Below are positions 1 through 12,774 of a DNA stretch of 64,000 bases, one piece after another. Positions within the stretch are counted from its first letter, which is position 1; each line of letters starts with the position of its first letter. The position numbers were made by a program, and so were the translations under genes. The DNA lies in NCBI RefSeq assembly GCF_004010195.1, contig NC_057718.1, positions 81,416,864-81,480,863 on the forward strand, read 5' to 3'. Source of the DNA: Chiloscyllium plagiosum (Eukaryota). Below the pieces are notes generated by a model. That model was not told where the DNA came from. It saw only the letters and a list, made by a program, of their open reading frames with translations, and did no database searches.

Positions 1-13
1 CCAAACCCCCCAG

Positions 14-17
<4 letters not shown>

Positions 18-53
<36 letters not shown>

Positions 54-90
54 TACACACACATATACATACATCCCTCATATATACATA
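18..90. repeat. (TA)n/(CA)n microsatellite downstream of L1 ORF1
   Basis: Direct reading: tatatata... followed by acacacatacac. Confidence 0.9.
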
Positions 91-250
91 AAATAATAAA
101 AGAAAACAACCCTAAGGGAGGGGAGAAAATCAAATCCCTCTCCCCACCCCCCCCATGATAATATTAAACAGTAAGATAAGAGAAAAAAAAGGGGAGGATA
201 TAAACCAAAGCCGGGGGAAAGGCAAACCAACATCCATTATGTCTTACAGT

Positions 251-1099
251 TTATCTAAGAGAGTCCAAGAATTCCTTCGCCTTTTCTGGCCATCCGAAGT
301 TATATACGGATCCTTCATGGTTAAAGCGTAGCGTCGCTGGGTAGCGTAAGGAGTACTGAATATTTAAGTCCCTTAAACGCTTCTTCGCCTCGTTGAATGC
401 CTTCCTCTTTCGGACCAGAGCTGGGTAAAAGTCCTGGAATAATATGATCTTGGATCCTTTATAGATCATAGCTTGGGGGTCTTTTCCAAGATTTCTAGAG
501 GCTTCTAGGAGTCTCTGCCTCTCCTTGTAGCTCTGCAGCCGGAACAGGACCAGGCGTTGGCATTGGTTCGAGCCGGGCCCGCGTATTGCGACCTGGTAGG
601 CCCATTCTACCCTTACCTGGCCTGATCTAGCTTCCAAATTTTAAAGCTGTGGCAGCCACTGCTCGAGAAAGACTGTAAGCTGGCCTTCCTCTTCCCGTTC
701 GGGAAGGCCCAGCAAACGAATATATTTTCGGCAACCTCGATTTTCGAGGTCATCAGTGTGATTCCCTAAGGTCCGGACTCGCTGTTCGAGAGTCCGGACG
801 TGATCCACGGCCAATTGAGCTGTAGTTTCGGAGGTCGCGGCCTTTAACTCCGCCCCTCCGACTCGGCGCTTGATTTCTTGGATGTCTCGGTCGTGCTTCT
901 GCAGCGCGGCAGAGAGTGAGTCCCATCGATTTCGGGATTCTTCGATGAAATCGTCGATCTTCGCGCCCATCATTTCTACAAGGCTTGTCACCATAGGTAA
1001 GTCCCCCGCGGCAGCTGTGGATGCCTCGGCTGCAGCTGGAGAGGGTGGGGGAGGGGTTCCTGCATGTTGAGAGCTGCGGGCTCCCTTCCCTTTAGTCAT
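251..1099 (-). pseudogene. L1 ORF1p (~280 codons) with a single in-frame stop
   Basis: CAG CTT TAA AAT TTG GAA at 641-643 on the - strand; frame otherwise open. Confidence 0.85.
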
Positions 1100-1997
1100 T
1101 TTTACTAAAGATTAGATTGTTTAAATTTGATATTAAACAACTAATTAAATTAAACAGCTATTATAAATAATTTGGTAAGTGTGGTGGGGGTGGGTGACCC
1201 ACTTTACCCAAGTCTTGGGAGGAGCACTGTAGACTCAGACTTGCTGGGTCGCCGCCATCTTGGATCTCCACATGGATCAGTCTTGGAGAGACCAGCTCAG
1301 CAATCACATTCTGGGTGGCAAGGCATTTGGGTAATCTTCCTAATCAAGTACCAGTAAGGGCCCTTAAGTGGTCAATTAACAATCACATATCAGCCTTAGA
1401 GAGAGATCCACCTATTCCGGCCAGCTCAGCAACCTGTGCCTGGGTCTCCACTTGATCTGACACATAAGATGGAGAATACACCAGCACCAGTGAACACCTC
1501 CATGATGGTGCTGTTGAGTACAGATGATCTGCCAGCCTCTGAAACTATCTGAACCTCTTGACTTCATGAATGATCTGCAATTAAATGGGCAATTTTCCTT
1601 GTTCTTCATTTCTGGTAATTCTCAATGGATGGGATGTCAGCCCACAGGGCCCTTGATCCTGTGCAGAGGATCAGCCACTGCCTTGCCAAGTGGTTAATAA
1701 CGCAGCAGGATATCTCGCCAGACTCTTAGCAGTTCTCCAGCTGTTGCTGAAGACCTCCATCATCGCTACAAGATTCTGCCAATGTTATCTCCACCTGATT
1801 ATCTATATGGATCATCTGTCTAACATTTCACTTGGAAACAGGAATTTGACAGTTGTAACTTATTAATTTTAATAATAAAAAGAAAATAAAGTATTTTGGA
1901 TCAAGTTTCTGTCATTCATATATTTATAAACAATTTATACATCTGAAGTCTTCAATATGGTTCAACATTAATTATTTTTCAAAATTGTGTCTTCCAG

Positions 1998-2085
1998 GCA
2001 GAAGGAGAAGATAACCTTAAGAAAATGCAGCTAATGGAATTAGCAATACTGAACGGCACTTATAGAGATGCCAACATCAAATCAC
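1998..2085 (+). CDS. QKI: QKI exon 5 (QUA2 region): [29 protein letters not shown](P)
   Basis: Acceptor cttccag at 1997, donor GTAAG at 2086, 88 bp. Translation matches the STAR-family QUA2 motif [18 protein letters not shown]. Confidence 0.97.
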
Positions 2086-3339
2086 GTAAGGATATGTTGG
2101 GTTTCTCGTCCCTCGTATGACCATTCTACAAATTGTAGAATATTTAACTTTGAGACAAACCCAGCAAGATGTTGAGGCTGGTGATTTCTGTAATGAATAT
2201 CTAGAGGGGATGAAAACCTGTAGAAAGTTAAATATGTTACAACATATGCTTTAACTCAACAGAAACAGCCAAATGCAGATTTCTCTGACTTCAAATAAAT
2301 TGCTAGGTTTAAACATAGAAGGTCCAGCCTTCCCTCCCACCCCCTTCTCACCACCCCTTTACAGGGAATGCTCAGGAAGGTGATGAATCTCAATGCAAAA
2401 ATGAAGCTACAGTAGACGAGTCGACAAAAAAGTTATTTGCTTCTTGAAATAAGTAACTAACTGGCAAATGTAATTCCAAATAAAATGTGGTGCTCAATCA
2501 CAGAAATTCAAAGTTATTTTCTGCCAATTTGATCAACTTCCAAAATGAACAAGCAAAGATTATGGATAGCATGAAGTAACACTGAGCACCTATTTGTACT
2601 ATATATATATATAATTCTTTTGCTTGGCTGTCACACAAAAAAAATTAACATGCAAATATTTAAGAAAACATTCTATAATTAAGGGGGCTGGTTAGCTCCG
2701 TTCACTGGATGGTTCAGAAGAATGCCAACAGCACCAATTTGATTCCTGCTCCAACTGAGATTGTCCAGGCCTGCTTGCTGTGCCTCTTGAGAGTTGAAAG
2801 CAATTTCAAAGCACAAAAGAAATTGCAAAATAATGGGCTCAATTTGAAGTAGCAGCACGCAGTGAGCCAAGGACCTACCTTTGGACAGAGCACTCATGGC
2901 ATGACATTGCATAACTCTCCTACCAATGTGAATTTTTATTGTTTTCTGCAGGAATTCACTTGTTGATTTTTGGCCTGATAGTTGATGAAAAAAGGCTCAC
3001 TATTAAATTGCTGTTTAATGGGCAAATGATGCTCATTGATAGGTTATAATATGTGCCAGTCCAGTGCTTTACTTCCCTTTAAATGGCGTTAAATATCAAA
3101 GAGGAGGGTGCCCAGCTGTCTTCCATTTAAAATTGCCATAAGCTCAAAGACCAAAAGTAGAAGGACATCTCCACATAAAATTGAAAGAATATGGTATAAG
3201 CAAGTGTTTGGAGGCTCAGTAAAGTGAACACCTGGGATTCAAATTTTTAGGGTATTTTTGTTGCATTTTAATTTCATATCAGATGATTGATAGGATTGTT
3301 ACTTTATGATCACTTCCAAATATTCATATTAATTAGAGC

Positions 3340-3550
3340 TAGAGTGGCTCAATGGTTAGCACTGCTACCTCACAATGCCAGGAATCTGGGTTCGATTGCA
3401 GCCTTGGGCAACTGTCTTTGTGGAGTTTGACCGTTCTCCCTGTGACTGCGTGGGTTTCCTGCAAGTGCTCCGTTTTAATTTCTGAGTCCAAAGATGTGCA
3501 GGTTAGGTGAATTGACCATGCTAAATTGCCTATAGAGTTCAGGGATGTGT
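3340..3550 (+). mobile_element. tRNA-derived SINE (HE1-like), 3'-truncated
   Basis: A/B-box-like gtggctcaatggttagc...gggttcgattgc; body matches the copies at 7585, 17615, 20952 and 50115. Confidence 0.8.
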
Positions 3551-4200
3551 CCTATATCTGTCCTATATATATCACCCCTCAATTTAAAACTATGTCCCCT
3601 CTTGCTAGCCATCACCATTCAAGAAAAAAGACTCTCACTGTCCACCCTATCTAACCCTCTGATCATCTTATAAAAATGACCAACAGCAGTGGACCCAAAA
3701 CAGATTTTTGCGGTCTACCACTGGTAACTCAACTCCAGGACGAACATTTCCCATCAACCACCACCCTCTGTCTTCTTTCAACTAGCCAATTTCTGACCCA
3801 AACAGTTAAATCATCCTCAATCCCATGCCTCTGTATTTTGTGCAATAGCCTACTATGGGGAACCTTATCAAATGCCTTATCGAAATCCACATACACCACA
3901 TCAATCACTTTACCCTCCTCCACCTATTTGGTCAGCCTCTCGAATAACTCAATAAGATTTGTGAGGCACGACCTACTCTTCACAAAACTGGGTTGACTAT
4001 CCCTAACCAACATATTACTTTCTAGATGATGATAAATCCTATCTCTTATAACCTTTTCCAACACTTTACCCACATCAGAAGTAAAGCTCACTGGTCTTTA
4101 ATTACCAGGGTTTTCTCTACTCCCCTTCTTGACCAAGGGGACAACATTTGCTATCCTCCAGTCTTCTGGCACTATTCCTGTAGAAAAGACAACAAAGATC
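3551..4200 (-). mobile_element. CR1 LINE fragment (RT) with an internal deletion
   Basis: ORF 3729..3923 DVVYVDFDKAFDKVPHSRLL. A 3'-terminal piece is fused directly to the RT piece at ~3672. Confidence 0.85.
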
Positions 4201-5319
4201 AAAGGCTCAGCATTAGCACATCTCTCCTCCCACCCCCAGGATATTGGTACCCCTCTAGTCCAGATATGGACCATCCTGTTTGTACAGGTCCCACCTACAG
4301 CAGAATAAGCCCCAATCCTTTCTAGCAGATCTGTTTTTCGGGATTTTCAAACTGTCTGAACCTCTTGACTTCATGACTGACCTGCAATTACATGGGCAGT
4401 TTTCCTTGTTCTTCATTTCTATGGCTGGAATTTTTTCATTAAAGTTCCCATGTTTGGAAACCTTTTCCAAAATATACAATCCTAACATTTGTTATTTGCC
4501 ATGTAAATAAAATATCACAGTTGGAAATTAACAACTTTTTTGCTTGTCATCTTCCACACCCCAATGCCCATACACATATCCATGCCTCCCCCACTCCCAC
4601 ACATAATTTGTCTCTTGCATTTCAATGCTTTCAATCAGTAGTGTATAGCACGTAGAGGTCATATGGTCTGAATGTTAGGTATTGCTGAAGTGCAATGCTC
4701 CATAGAGTACCATTTATTCACTGGCTTTAAAAGGATCTTGCAATATAATTAGGTTAAGTCATTGACAGTTTGATTCACTTTTATCTGGTCACTAGTGACA
4801 ATAAAAGATATTCTAGTCATAAAAATATACTGTTTGAATAAAATCCATGTGTTTAGGAATTTGACATTTGATGGAAAATGCAGTCAGATACCTTTACAAT
4901 CATTTCTGATAAGTAGCTGACCTATCTCAGGTAGAGTGTGCTACATTTCAATTGTCATAGCGCTGCTTGCATTATTAAGCATCTTTACTATAGCAGATTA
5001 CAGAACCAGAGATGCTTGCAAAACAAAATGGGGGCTATTTGGGCCATTGTGTGTGTACTGGCTCTTTGCTGGATGGAATCAAATCCTATACCATGTCTGA
5101 TTCACTAAGCAGTCACTCCAATGATATTTTGAATATTTTGCCACAACACCAAAAATATGGATATTAATGGAAAATGCGTTGGGCAATTACGTCCTTGCAT
5201 ACTACCCAATTTAAAAACATGCAATGAAGGTCTATCACAATGTCAGGACTTCCTAAATCACATTGCAGCCAATTAGGCACTTGTTTCATCACTGTTAGTA
5301 ATGTGGCAACATTAATTCT

Positions 5320-6548
5320 TTGAAGAGGTAACAAGTAGGTGAGATCAGGGAAACCCTGTGGATGTTATCTACCTAGACTTCCAAAAGGCCTTTGATAAGG
5401 TGCCTCACAGGAGGCTGCTGAGTAAGGTGAGGGCCCATGGTGTTCGAAGTGAGCTACTAGAATGGATTGAGGCTTGACTGTCTGACAGAAGACAGAGTTG
5501 GGATAAAAGGTTCTTTTTCAGAATGTAAGCTGGTGACAAGTGGTATCCCACAGGGTTCAGTGTTGGGGCTGTAACTGTTCACTTTATAAATGATCTGGAT
5601 GAAGGGACTGGGGCCATTCTGGTGAAGTTTGCCAATGATACGAAGTTAGGTGGACAGACAAGTAGTTCTGAGGAGATGGAGAGGCTGCAAAAACATTTAG
5701 ACAGTTTAGGAAAGTGGTGCAAGAAATGGCTGATGAAGTTCAATGTGAGCAAATGCAAGGTCCTGCACTTTGGAACAAAAGATTACAGGCATGGACTATT
5801 TTCTAAACAGTGAAAAAATTCATAAAGCCAAAGTACAAAGGGATCTGGGAGTGCTAGTCCAGGATTCTCTAAAGGTTGACTTGCAGGTTGAGTCCGTGGT
5901 TAAGAAAACAAATGTAATGTTATAATTTATCTTGGGGGTTGGAATATAAAAGCAGTGATGTGCTACTGAGACTTTATAAAGCTCTGGTTAGGCCCCATTT
6001 AGAATACTGTGTCCAGTTTTGGGCCCCACACCTCAGGAAGGACATACTGGCACTGGAGCGTGTCCAACGGAGATTCACATGGATGATCCCTGGAATGGTA
6101 GGCCTAACATATGATGATTGGCTGAGGATCCTGGGATTGTATTCATTTGAGTTTAGAAGGCTAAGGGGAGATCTAATAGAAACTTACAAGATAATGCATG
6201 GCTTAGAAAGGGTCGATGCTGGGAATTTGTTTCGTCAGACAGGGATACTAGGATCCATGGGCACGGCCTTAGAATTAGAGGGGGTCAACTTGAAACGAAA
6301 ATGAGGAGATATTTCTTCAGTCAGAGAGTGGTGGGCCTTTGGAATTCATTGCCATGAGCGCACTGGAGGCCGGGACGTTAAATGTCTTCAAAACAGAGGT
6401 TGACAAATTCTTAATCTCGCAAGGAATTAAGGGATATGAGGAGAGTGCAGGCAAGTGGTGTTGAAATGTCCATCAGCCATGATTGAATGGCAGAGTGGAC
6501 TCGATGGGCTGAATGGCCTTACTTCCACTCCTATGTCTTATGGTTTTA
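5320..6548 (+). mobile_element. 5'-truncated CR1 LINE (RT to 3' UTR)
   Basis: YLDFQKAFDKVPH, KFANDTKLGG and LYKALVRPHLEYCVQFW motifs; ends in a (tcttatgg)-like tail. Confidence 0.92.
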
Positions 6549-6914
6549 TGGTCTAGCCATTTTACATTAAGGTTAAGGGGTAAATATCTGCTGGTGCAGC
6601 ACAAAGAGCTCATATAACTTGAGGATGGGATGGGATGGGTAGTGAGGCAGACAATGTACATTTGTAAAAGTACTGTTAATGAAATCTTGGCTTTTGACTT
6701 CTGAATTACGAAAAACCTTGATAGTTTACATGGAGAAAATGAGAATTTCCATTTAGATAGTTTCAACCAACCTGTTTAAAACCTGTTATATCACACTTCT
6801 GAAGCCGATGGGACTGGAACCTAGGTCCTCTGGCCCAGAGCCGTGGACTTTACCACTGTGCCACGGAAACCTTTAGAGAATTGCTTAATAAGATGAACTT
6901 CATCATACATTATT

Positions 6915-8610
6915 TAAGGCTATAAAGAGAAGCCTGGGAGCTTCAGACCTGTGAGCCTGACATCGGTGGTGGGTAAGTTGTTGAAGGTGATTCTGAAAGA
7001 TAGGATTTATGTGCATTGCAGAGATGAGGAATGGTTAGGGGTAGTCAGCAGAGTTTTGCATGAGGGGAAATCATGTCTCACAAACTTAATTGAGTTTTTT
7101 GAGAAAGTAACCAAAAAGACTGATGGGGGCAGAGCGGTAGATGTTGTTTACTTGGTCTTTAGTAAAATCTTTGATAAGGTTCTGCATGGTAGACTATTTA
7201 CTTAGGTTAAATCACCAGGGATTCAAGGTGAGCTTGCTAATTAGATGTAAAATTGGCTTTTCAGTAGGAGAGAAAGGGTGATGGTTGAAGTTTGCTTTTC
7301 GGAGTGGAGGCCTGTGACCAGCAGTGTTCCACAGGAATGGGTACTGGGTCCACTTTTGTTTGACTTTTATGTAAATTGTTTGGATGAGAATATAGGAAGC
7401 ATGGTTATTAAGTTTCCTGATGACACCAAAATGTGTAACATAGATGACAGTGGAGAAGATTATCTAAGATTACAAAGAGATCTTGCTCAATTGGGTCAAT
7501 GGGCTGAGGAGTGGCAGGTGGAGTTTGATTTGAATAAATGCGAAGTAAAACAAGCAAGGGCAGGATTTATACAAATAATTAGAATCCGTGTGCAAACAGG
7601 CCCTTCGACCCAACAAGTCCACACTGACCCTCTGAAGAGTAACCCACCCAGACCCATTCTCCTACCTTATATTTACCCCTGACTAATGCACTTAACCTAC
7701 ATATCCCTATGGACAATTTAGCATGGCCAATTCACCTAACCTGCACATCTTTGGACTGTGGGAGGAAACTGGAGCTCCTGGAGGAAACCCACGCAGACAC
7801 AGAGAGATTGTGCAAACTCCACACAGACAGTCGCCCAAGGCTGGAATTGAACCCGGGTCCCTGGTGCCTCGAGGGAGCAGTGCTAACAACTGAGCCGACG
7901 TGCTGCCCTGGGTAATGTTGCAGAACAGAGAGACCGAGGGGTTCAGGTACATAATTCTTTGAAATCTGTATCACAGGTAGACAACATGGTTAAGAAGGTA
8001 TTTCGCTCATTTATTTTCATTGCTCAGACCATTGAATATAGTTGAGACAGTATGGTTGTACAGATCTTTGGTGAGGCCTCTTCTGGAATTCTCTGTGCAG
8101 TTCTGGTCGCCCTGTTGTAGGATAGATATTAAACAGGAGAGGGTTCAGAAAAGATTTACCAGGTTATTGCTAGGACTGGAAGTTTTGAGTTATAAGGAGA
8201 GACTGGTTAGGTACTTCTTTCACTGGAGTGTAGGAGGTTGAGGGGTGACCTTATAGAAATTTATAAAATCATGAGGGACATAGATAAGGTGAATAGCAAA
8301 GGTCTTTTACCCAAGGTTGGGGAGTTCAAAATTAGAAGGCATATTTTTAAGGTGAGAGGAAAAAAGGTATAAAGGGCATGAGGGGCAACCTTTTTTTACA
8401 CAGAGTAGTTAATATGTGGAATGAACTGCCAAAAGAAGTGGTGGATGCATTTAAAAAAAAAAAATTGGATAAGTTCATGAATAAGAAAGGTTTACAGGGC
8501 TACGGGCCAAACACAGGCAGGTTGGACTAGTTCGGTTTGGGAACATGGCTGATGTGAACTAATTGGACCGAAGGGTCTGTTTCCATGTTGTATGATTCTA
8601 TGACGCTATT
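6915..8610 (+). mobile_element. CR1 (HER1-like) LINE remnant interrupted by a SINE
   Basis: ORFs 6951, 7278 and 8020 carry KSCLTNLIEFFE, PVTSSVPQ..LGPLLF and LVRPLLE..VQFW; 3' end gaagggtctgtttccatg. Confidence 0.9.
7585..7909 (-). mobile_element. tRNA-derived SINE (HE1-like) nested in a CR1
   Basis: tRNA-like head on the - strand; the 3' tail (gaagggcctgttt) is shared with CR1 3' ends, as in the shark HE1/HER1 SINE-LINE pair. Confidence 0.88.
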
Positions 8611-8892
8611 ATAAGATATGACTCTAACGTGTTTATCTTTTGCTTATGTTTATGACCAACTGGATATTGAGTTTTCCCATTTTTAATTGAGTTTAATTGG
8701 AAGTTGGTTTACATTTTGGTTAAAGATGTGCTTTAGCATTGCAAGTTATCACCACTTGTACTAATTACTACTTCTTCATTTTTCTTTCATTCCACCTGCT
8801 TATTTGGCTTTTCTCCATTTCCAACTTTTCCTTTTCCTGATACACATTGTTCTATCCGCACCTTCACTATGAATTTCCTTCGCTTACTGTAG

Positions 8893-9189
8893 CTGCCCTT
8901 GCCTTTTCTCTTGCAGCAACAGCCCAAGCTCCACGGATCATTACAGGGCCCACGTCGGTTTTACCACCAGCTGCCTTGAGGGCCCCGACACCAGCTGGTC
9001 CAACTATTATGCCTCTAATTAGGCAAATACAAACAGCAACAGTAATGCCTAATGGATCACCTCACCCGACTACAATAGTGCCTCCTGCACCTGAAGCCAG
9101 TCTAATTTATACTCCTTACGACTATCCTTACACCCTGGCACCAGCTACTTCTATCCTGGAGTATCCCATTGAGCCTAGTGGTGTATTAG
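8893..9189 (+). CDS. QKI: QKI exon 6 (Pro/Tyr-rich region): (P)[18 protein letters not shown]...[27 protein letters not shown](G)
   Basis: Acceptor tgtag at 8892, donor GTAAG at 9190, 297 bp. Phase 1/1 is compatible with exon 5; near-identical to vertebrate QKI. Confidence 0.98.
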
Positions 9190-9779
9190 GTAAGGAATTT
9201 TTCAAGCATGATTATTCCACTTCATGTTTAACATCCTGGTACATTGTTTGAGCTGGTTAAGGCTCATTTAGTTTTACAGAAGCTTGACCTTTTTTCCATT
9301 GAGTTGTACAAGCCTATTTGAATTAACCATTTGTAATTACAGTGTAACATCTGATGAGAATCTTGAGTTCTTTACAGCACTCTCTGAAATTCCATAATTT
9401 AAACTTTAGAAGTATTTAAGCTTCTGCTGAAGTAAAACATCAATAATAAATAGTCTGTGTGCAACTATCTGTGCATTTAGCTGAGACCTAAGTAATCATA
9501 AGCCCATAATCATAACAAAAAATATTTTGACAGTTACATCTTCCTACAATTAATTAATTACAACAGACCTTAATGCCATTAGTTGCTAATACTGAATAAG
9601 GTATTGCCTTTTGAAAGCACTGGTAAGCTGAATACATCATGCTCTTTCAATTGTTTTTTGTACAGTTAACATTGCAAGTGAATTAGAACGTATGCTCCCC
9701 CAATGAAATTGCAAAAAAAAGGCAAGTGGCAAGTATGAGGAACATGCAAACTAACAAAAATAGATGACTTTTAAGGAAG

Positions 9780-9970
9780 GCAAAAGCAAAGTGCTGAGGA
9801 TGCGGGAGATCTGAAATAAATACAGAAGGTGCCTAGAGAAATTCAGCATACCTAGAGAACTGAAGTTTCAAAGAAGAGTCGTATTGAACTTGAAATGTTA
9901 ACATTATTCCTATCTCTCAAATGCTGCCAGATCTGCTGAGATTCTCTTGCACTATGTGTTTTTATTTTTG
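9780..9970. mobile_element. Degenerate PLE-derived inverted element with a decayed hammerhead motif
   Basis: Loosely complementary arms (gagaaattcagca / tgctgagattctc). The centre, ttcaaagaagagtcgtattgaacttgaaatgttaac, resembles ctgaaga...gaaacgt. Confidence 0.55.
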
Positions 9971-10119
9971 GGAAAAGTGATGGCACCACATTTTATTAAC
10001 CAGCACCTGTGGGACCAGGAATGTAACGGTTGATCAAATTTTCTGGATATTCAAGAGGTCCACATAAAAGTGTACGCTAAATAAGAGAAACATAATGCAG
10101 GGGGTGTACTCTTCACTGT

Positions 10120-10240
10120 TTCTCAGGGAGGGTAACTGGACCTGAAATGTTAATTCTGATTTCTGTCTATAAATGATACCAGAGCTGCTGAGCTTTTCCG
10201 GCAATCTATTTTTGTTTGATTTCCAGTATCCGCAATTCTT
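10120..10240 (+). mobile_element. Degenerate PLE terminal fragment
   Basis: gggtaactggacctgaaatgttaa...gctgctgagcttttcc...tttccagtatccgca resembles the PLE termini at 53113 and 63586. Confidence 0.5.
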
Positions 10241-11009
10241 TCAGATTTTATTTAGAAGTAATCTGAGCCTGGTATCTCGGACTGAGAGCCAAAGTGCTAA
10301 AACCAATGCAGGGCAAGAATGCTGTGAGCTTTCAGGTAGGCCCAGAATGACTGAGCATCATGACAGTGTGCAAAGAGTCCAGGGATGCAGCCTGGACAAG
10401 TACATGAGCTGGGTGCATGTACTTGCTGCAGCATTCTGGTGCAACATTAAATGCAGAAGTGTTCTGTAAGGGATTCAAAGATGGGCCATGAGAATTGTTA
10501 GAGCCTAGCACATTTCATATGTCAATGTCATTAGTCATGAGTGTGTGTCAGACCAGTGTCCATGGAACGTGCCCTGAAATGTTTATGCCCAGTGTCCAAC
10601 ATGGAGGTCCTTCAAAACAAGTGATCAACTGAATTCATCAGGCACTCCCTCCAGTTTTCATATCTCGCTTGGTAAGATAGGAAGCTGAATATTAATAAGG
10701 TGAGTTGGGTCATCAACAAGGTATTCAACAAACAATAACTCCCTTAACAGGCAATTCGCCACTGTCTAATAAACTTACTGTACCACTTCAAAAATTTGTC
10801 AAAGGTGGAATGAGATGCTTTTTGCAGTGGCAATAATCTGGAGGAAAAGTATTTTTGTTTATAATGACAAAGGATACCTGAATGTATTAATAAGCTTCAC
10901 AGAAGATTTTTAAAGATATAGAACAAAGCCAACAAGCTGCTCTATTAGCAGGAAAATGCTGAAAAAAATTGACCTCCGCCTATAGGTGTTGACTGTTTAT
11001 TTAACATTT

Positions 11010-12055
11010 TAGGGGAGGTGATGGCCTAGTGGTATAGTGTTGGGACTAGCAATCCAGAGACCCAGGTAATGTTTTCAGAACCTGGTTTCAAATCCCATCA
11101 TGGCAGATGGCTCACTGATACCCTTTAGGGAAGGAAGCGTCTGTTGTTCACATCACTTCTGACTCTTAGCAATGTGTTCGATTCTTAACTGCAAGTTTAC
11201 CAACGGCAAGTAAGGAGAAAAGGTATGAACCTGGACATGCACAGCCACTCCAAAGCATGCAATTGGTGTCCAGAAGTTTCTGCTGTGCATGTGTCTCAGA
11301 GATCTGTGCAATTGGTAGGAAAATGAGAGGCAACGCCACTGAATGCAATTGCCAAGGTTAGGAGAGTGTCCCTTTGAATAGTCAAGAGTAACTGACTGAC
11401 CGAGTCATAATCATGGAATTGTATATTGCACAGAAATGTTCCATTGGGTACATCCTGTTGAATCAGCAGGAAAAATCCAGCAGAGATGGTGGCAATTGAA
11501 CACGCAACTCTGGACAACCTGTCCCAGAACAGTTATAATACTCGCATCTACCAGATATCCTGTACACAAAAGCAGGACAAATCCAATGTGGTCATTTTAC
11601 TGTCCATCTGCCTATTCACAGTCATCAGTAAGGTGAAGAAAGGTGTTATCAACAGTGCCATTAAGCAGCTCTTGCTTAGCAGTTATCTACTTACGGATAC
11701 TCACTTTGGGGAGGTGATGGCCTACTGGTATTATTGCTGAACTGTTAATCCAAAGACCCAGATAATGTTCTGGAGACCTGGGTTCAAATGCTGCCACAGC
11801 AGATGGTAAAATTTTAATTCAATAAAAATCTGGAATTGATCATCTCATGATGACCATGAATCCATTGCCAATTGTTGGGAAAACCCATCTTGTCCACTGA
11901 TGTCCTTTTAGGGAAAGAAATCTGCCATCCTTACCTGTGACTCCAGACCCACAGTAACGTGGTTGACTCTCAACTGCCCTCTGGGCAATTAGGGATGGGC
12001 AATAAATGCTGACCTAGCCAGTGGTGCCATCATACCATGAATAAATAAAAAAAAT
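11010..12055 (+). mobile_element. SINE fragment, LINE RT fragment (~11200-11705) and a full tRNA-SINE of a second family (~11707-12055)
   Basis: The head gggaggtgatggccta.tggtat occurs twice. ORF 11486 (QDKSN...ISKV..GVINSAIKQ..L) is RT-like. The tail gggcaattagggatgggcaataaatgctg...aataaaaaa is shared with the LINE end at ~19480-19555. Confidence 0.75.
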
Positions 12056-12774
12056 TCTAGATCAAACAGAAAAATATAGCTCATTTTATTGTTCCACATT
12101 CAGTCTTTAGATCTCTTATTGGAAGCAAATACTTTCTCTTCAATTTATAGATCATATTTCTGACTGTTTAATGGGTAGTGTCATAGTGAAAATACCATGA
12201 CGTTTAGCACTGGTCCTGTTACTTCTGGTACATTGTTACATGTTTGCTGCATACCTAGCTAGAGTATTTAACTATTGGTCACTGAGAAACATTTATTGAT
12301 TTCTAGCCCCACATTGCTGTGTTTTTTTTAAACTGTTGAGCTCTCAATTGTTAATTCCTACACATTACTAATTCTTTCACATAAGATTTTGTGTATGGTG
12401 TTTTTAAAAACATAAACTTTTTATTTGCAAGATAGAGGAAAACATATTCACCTTTATGACTTATGTTAAGAGACTATATTGGTGAATGATGGGCTTTCAG
12501 TGACACATTTTGAGTAGAACCTGCCATATCGTAAGGGTAATATGAACACAGCCAGTCGGAGCAAGGTTGAAGGGCTGATTGGCCAACTCCTGTTCCTGCT
12601 TTCTGTATTTCGATGTTTGCATATTGGTTTATGTATTACAAAGGGAACAGAAATATTATCATCTCAAGAGTTTAACGTTTTGGAGAAAAATACAATTAGA
12701 TGCAAATATTCATTGCTGTATTTGACACCAATGCTTAGGAAACATTTCTTGAACAGTTTTTAATGATCCAAAAA

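Larger units (their letters stand above)
1..1269 (-). mobile_element. 5' part of an L1-clade LINE (5' UTR, ORF1, spacer), antisense in QKI intron 4; continues beyond the window start
   Basis: ORFs 641..1099 and 251..637 are in the same frame, separated by one TAA at 641-643. The protein has a coiled coil, then DDLENRGCRKYIRLLGLPE...FLEQWLPQL...LFQDF...RKRKAFNEAKKRL...YSLRYPATLR, typical of L1 ORF1p. The 5' end has a YY1-type CAAGATGGCGGC motif (~1251-1262). Confidence 0.88.

Noticed and set aside
3340..3410. tRNA genes in the A/B-box sequences (also ~7850, 17860, 21190, 50380)
   Set aside because: They are SINE heads followed by SINE bodies, with no complete cloverleaf.
8847..9251. The 134-aa ORF as a standalone gene
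   Set aside because: It is QKI exon 6 plus intronic flanks; the start is a TTG inside the pyrimidine tract.
9351..9400. CTGATGA...GAAA hammerhead candidate (also CTGATGA at ~40264 and ~42953)
   Set aside because: Stems I-III cannot be formed around the core.
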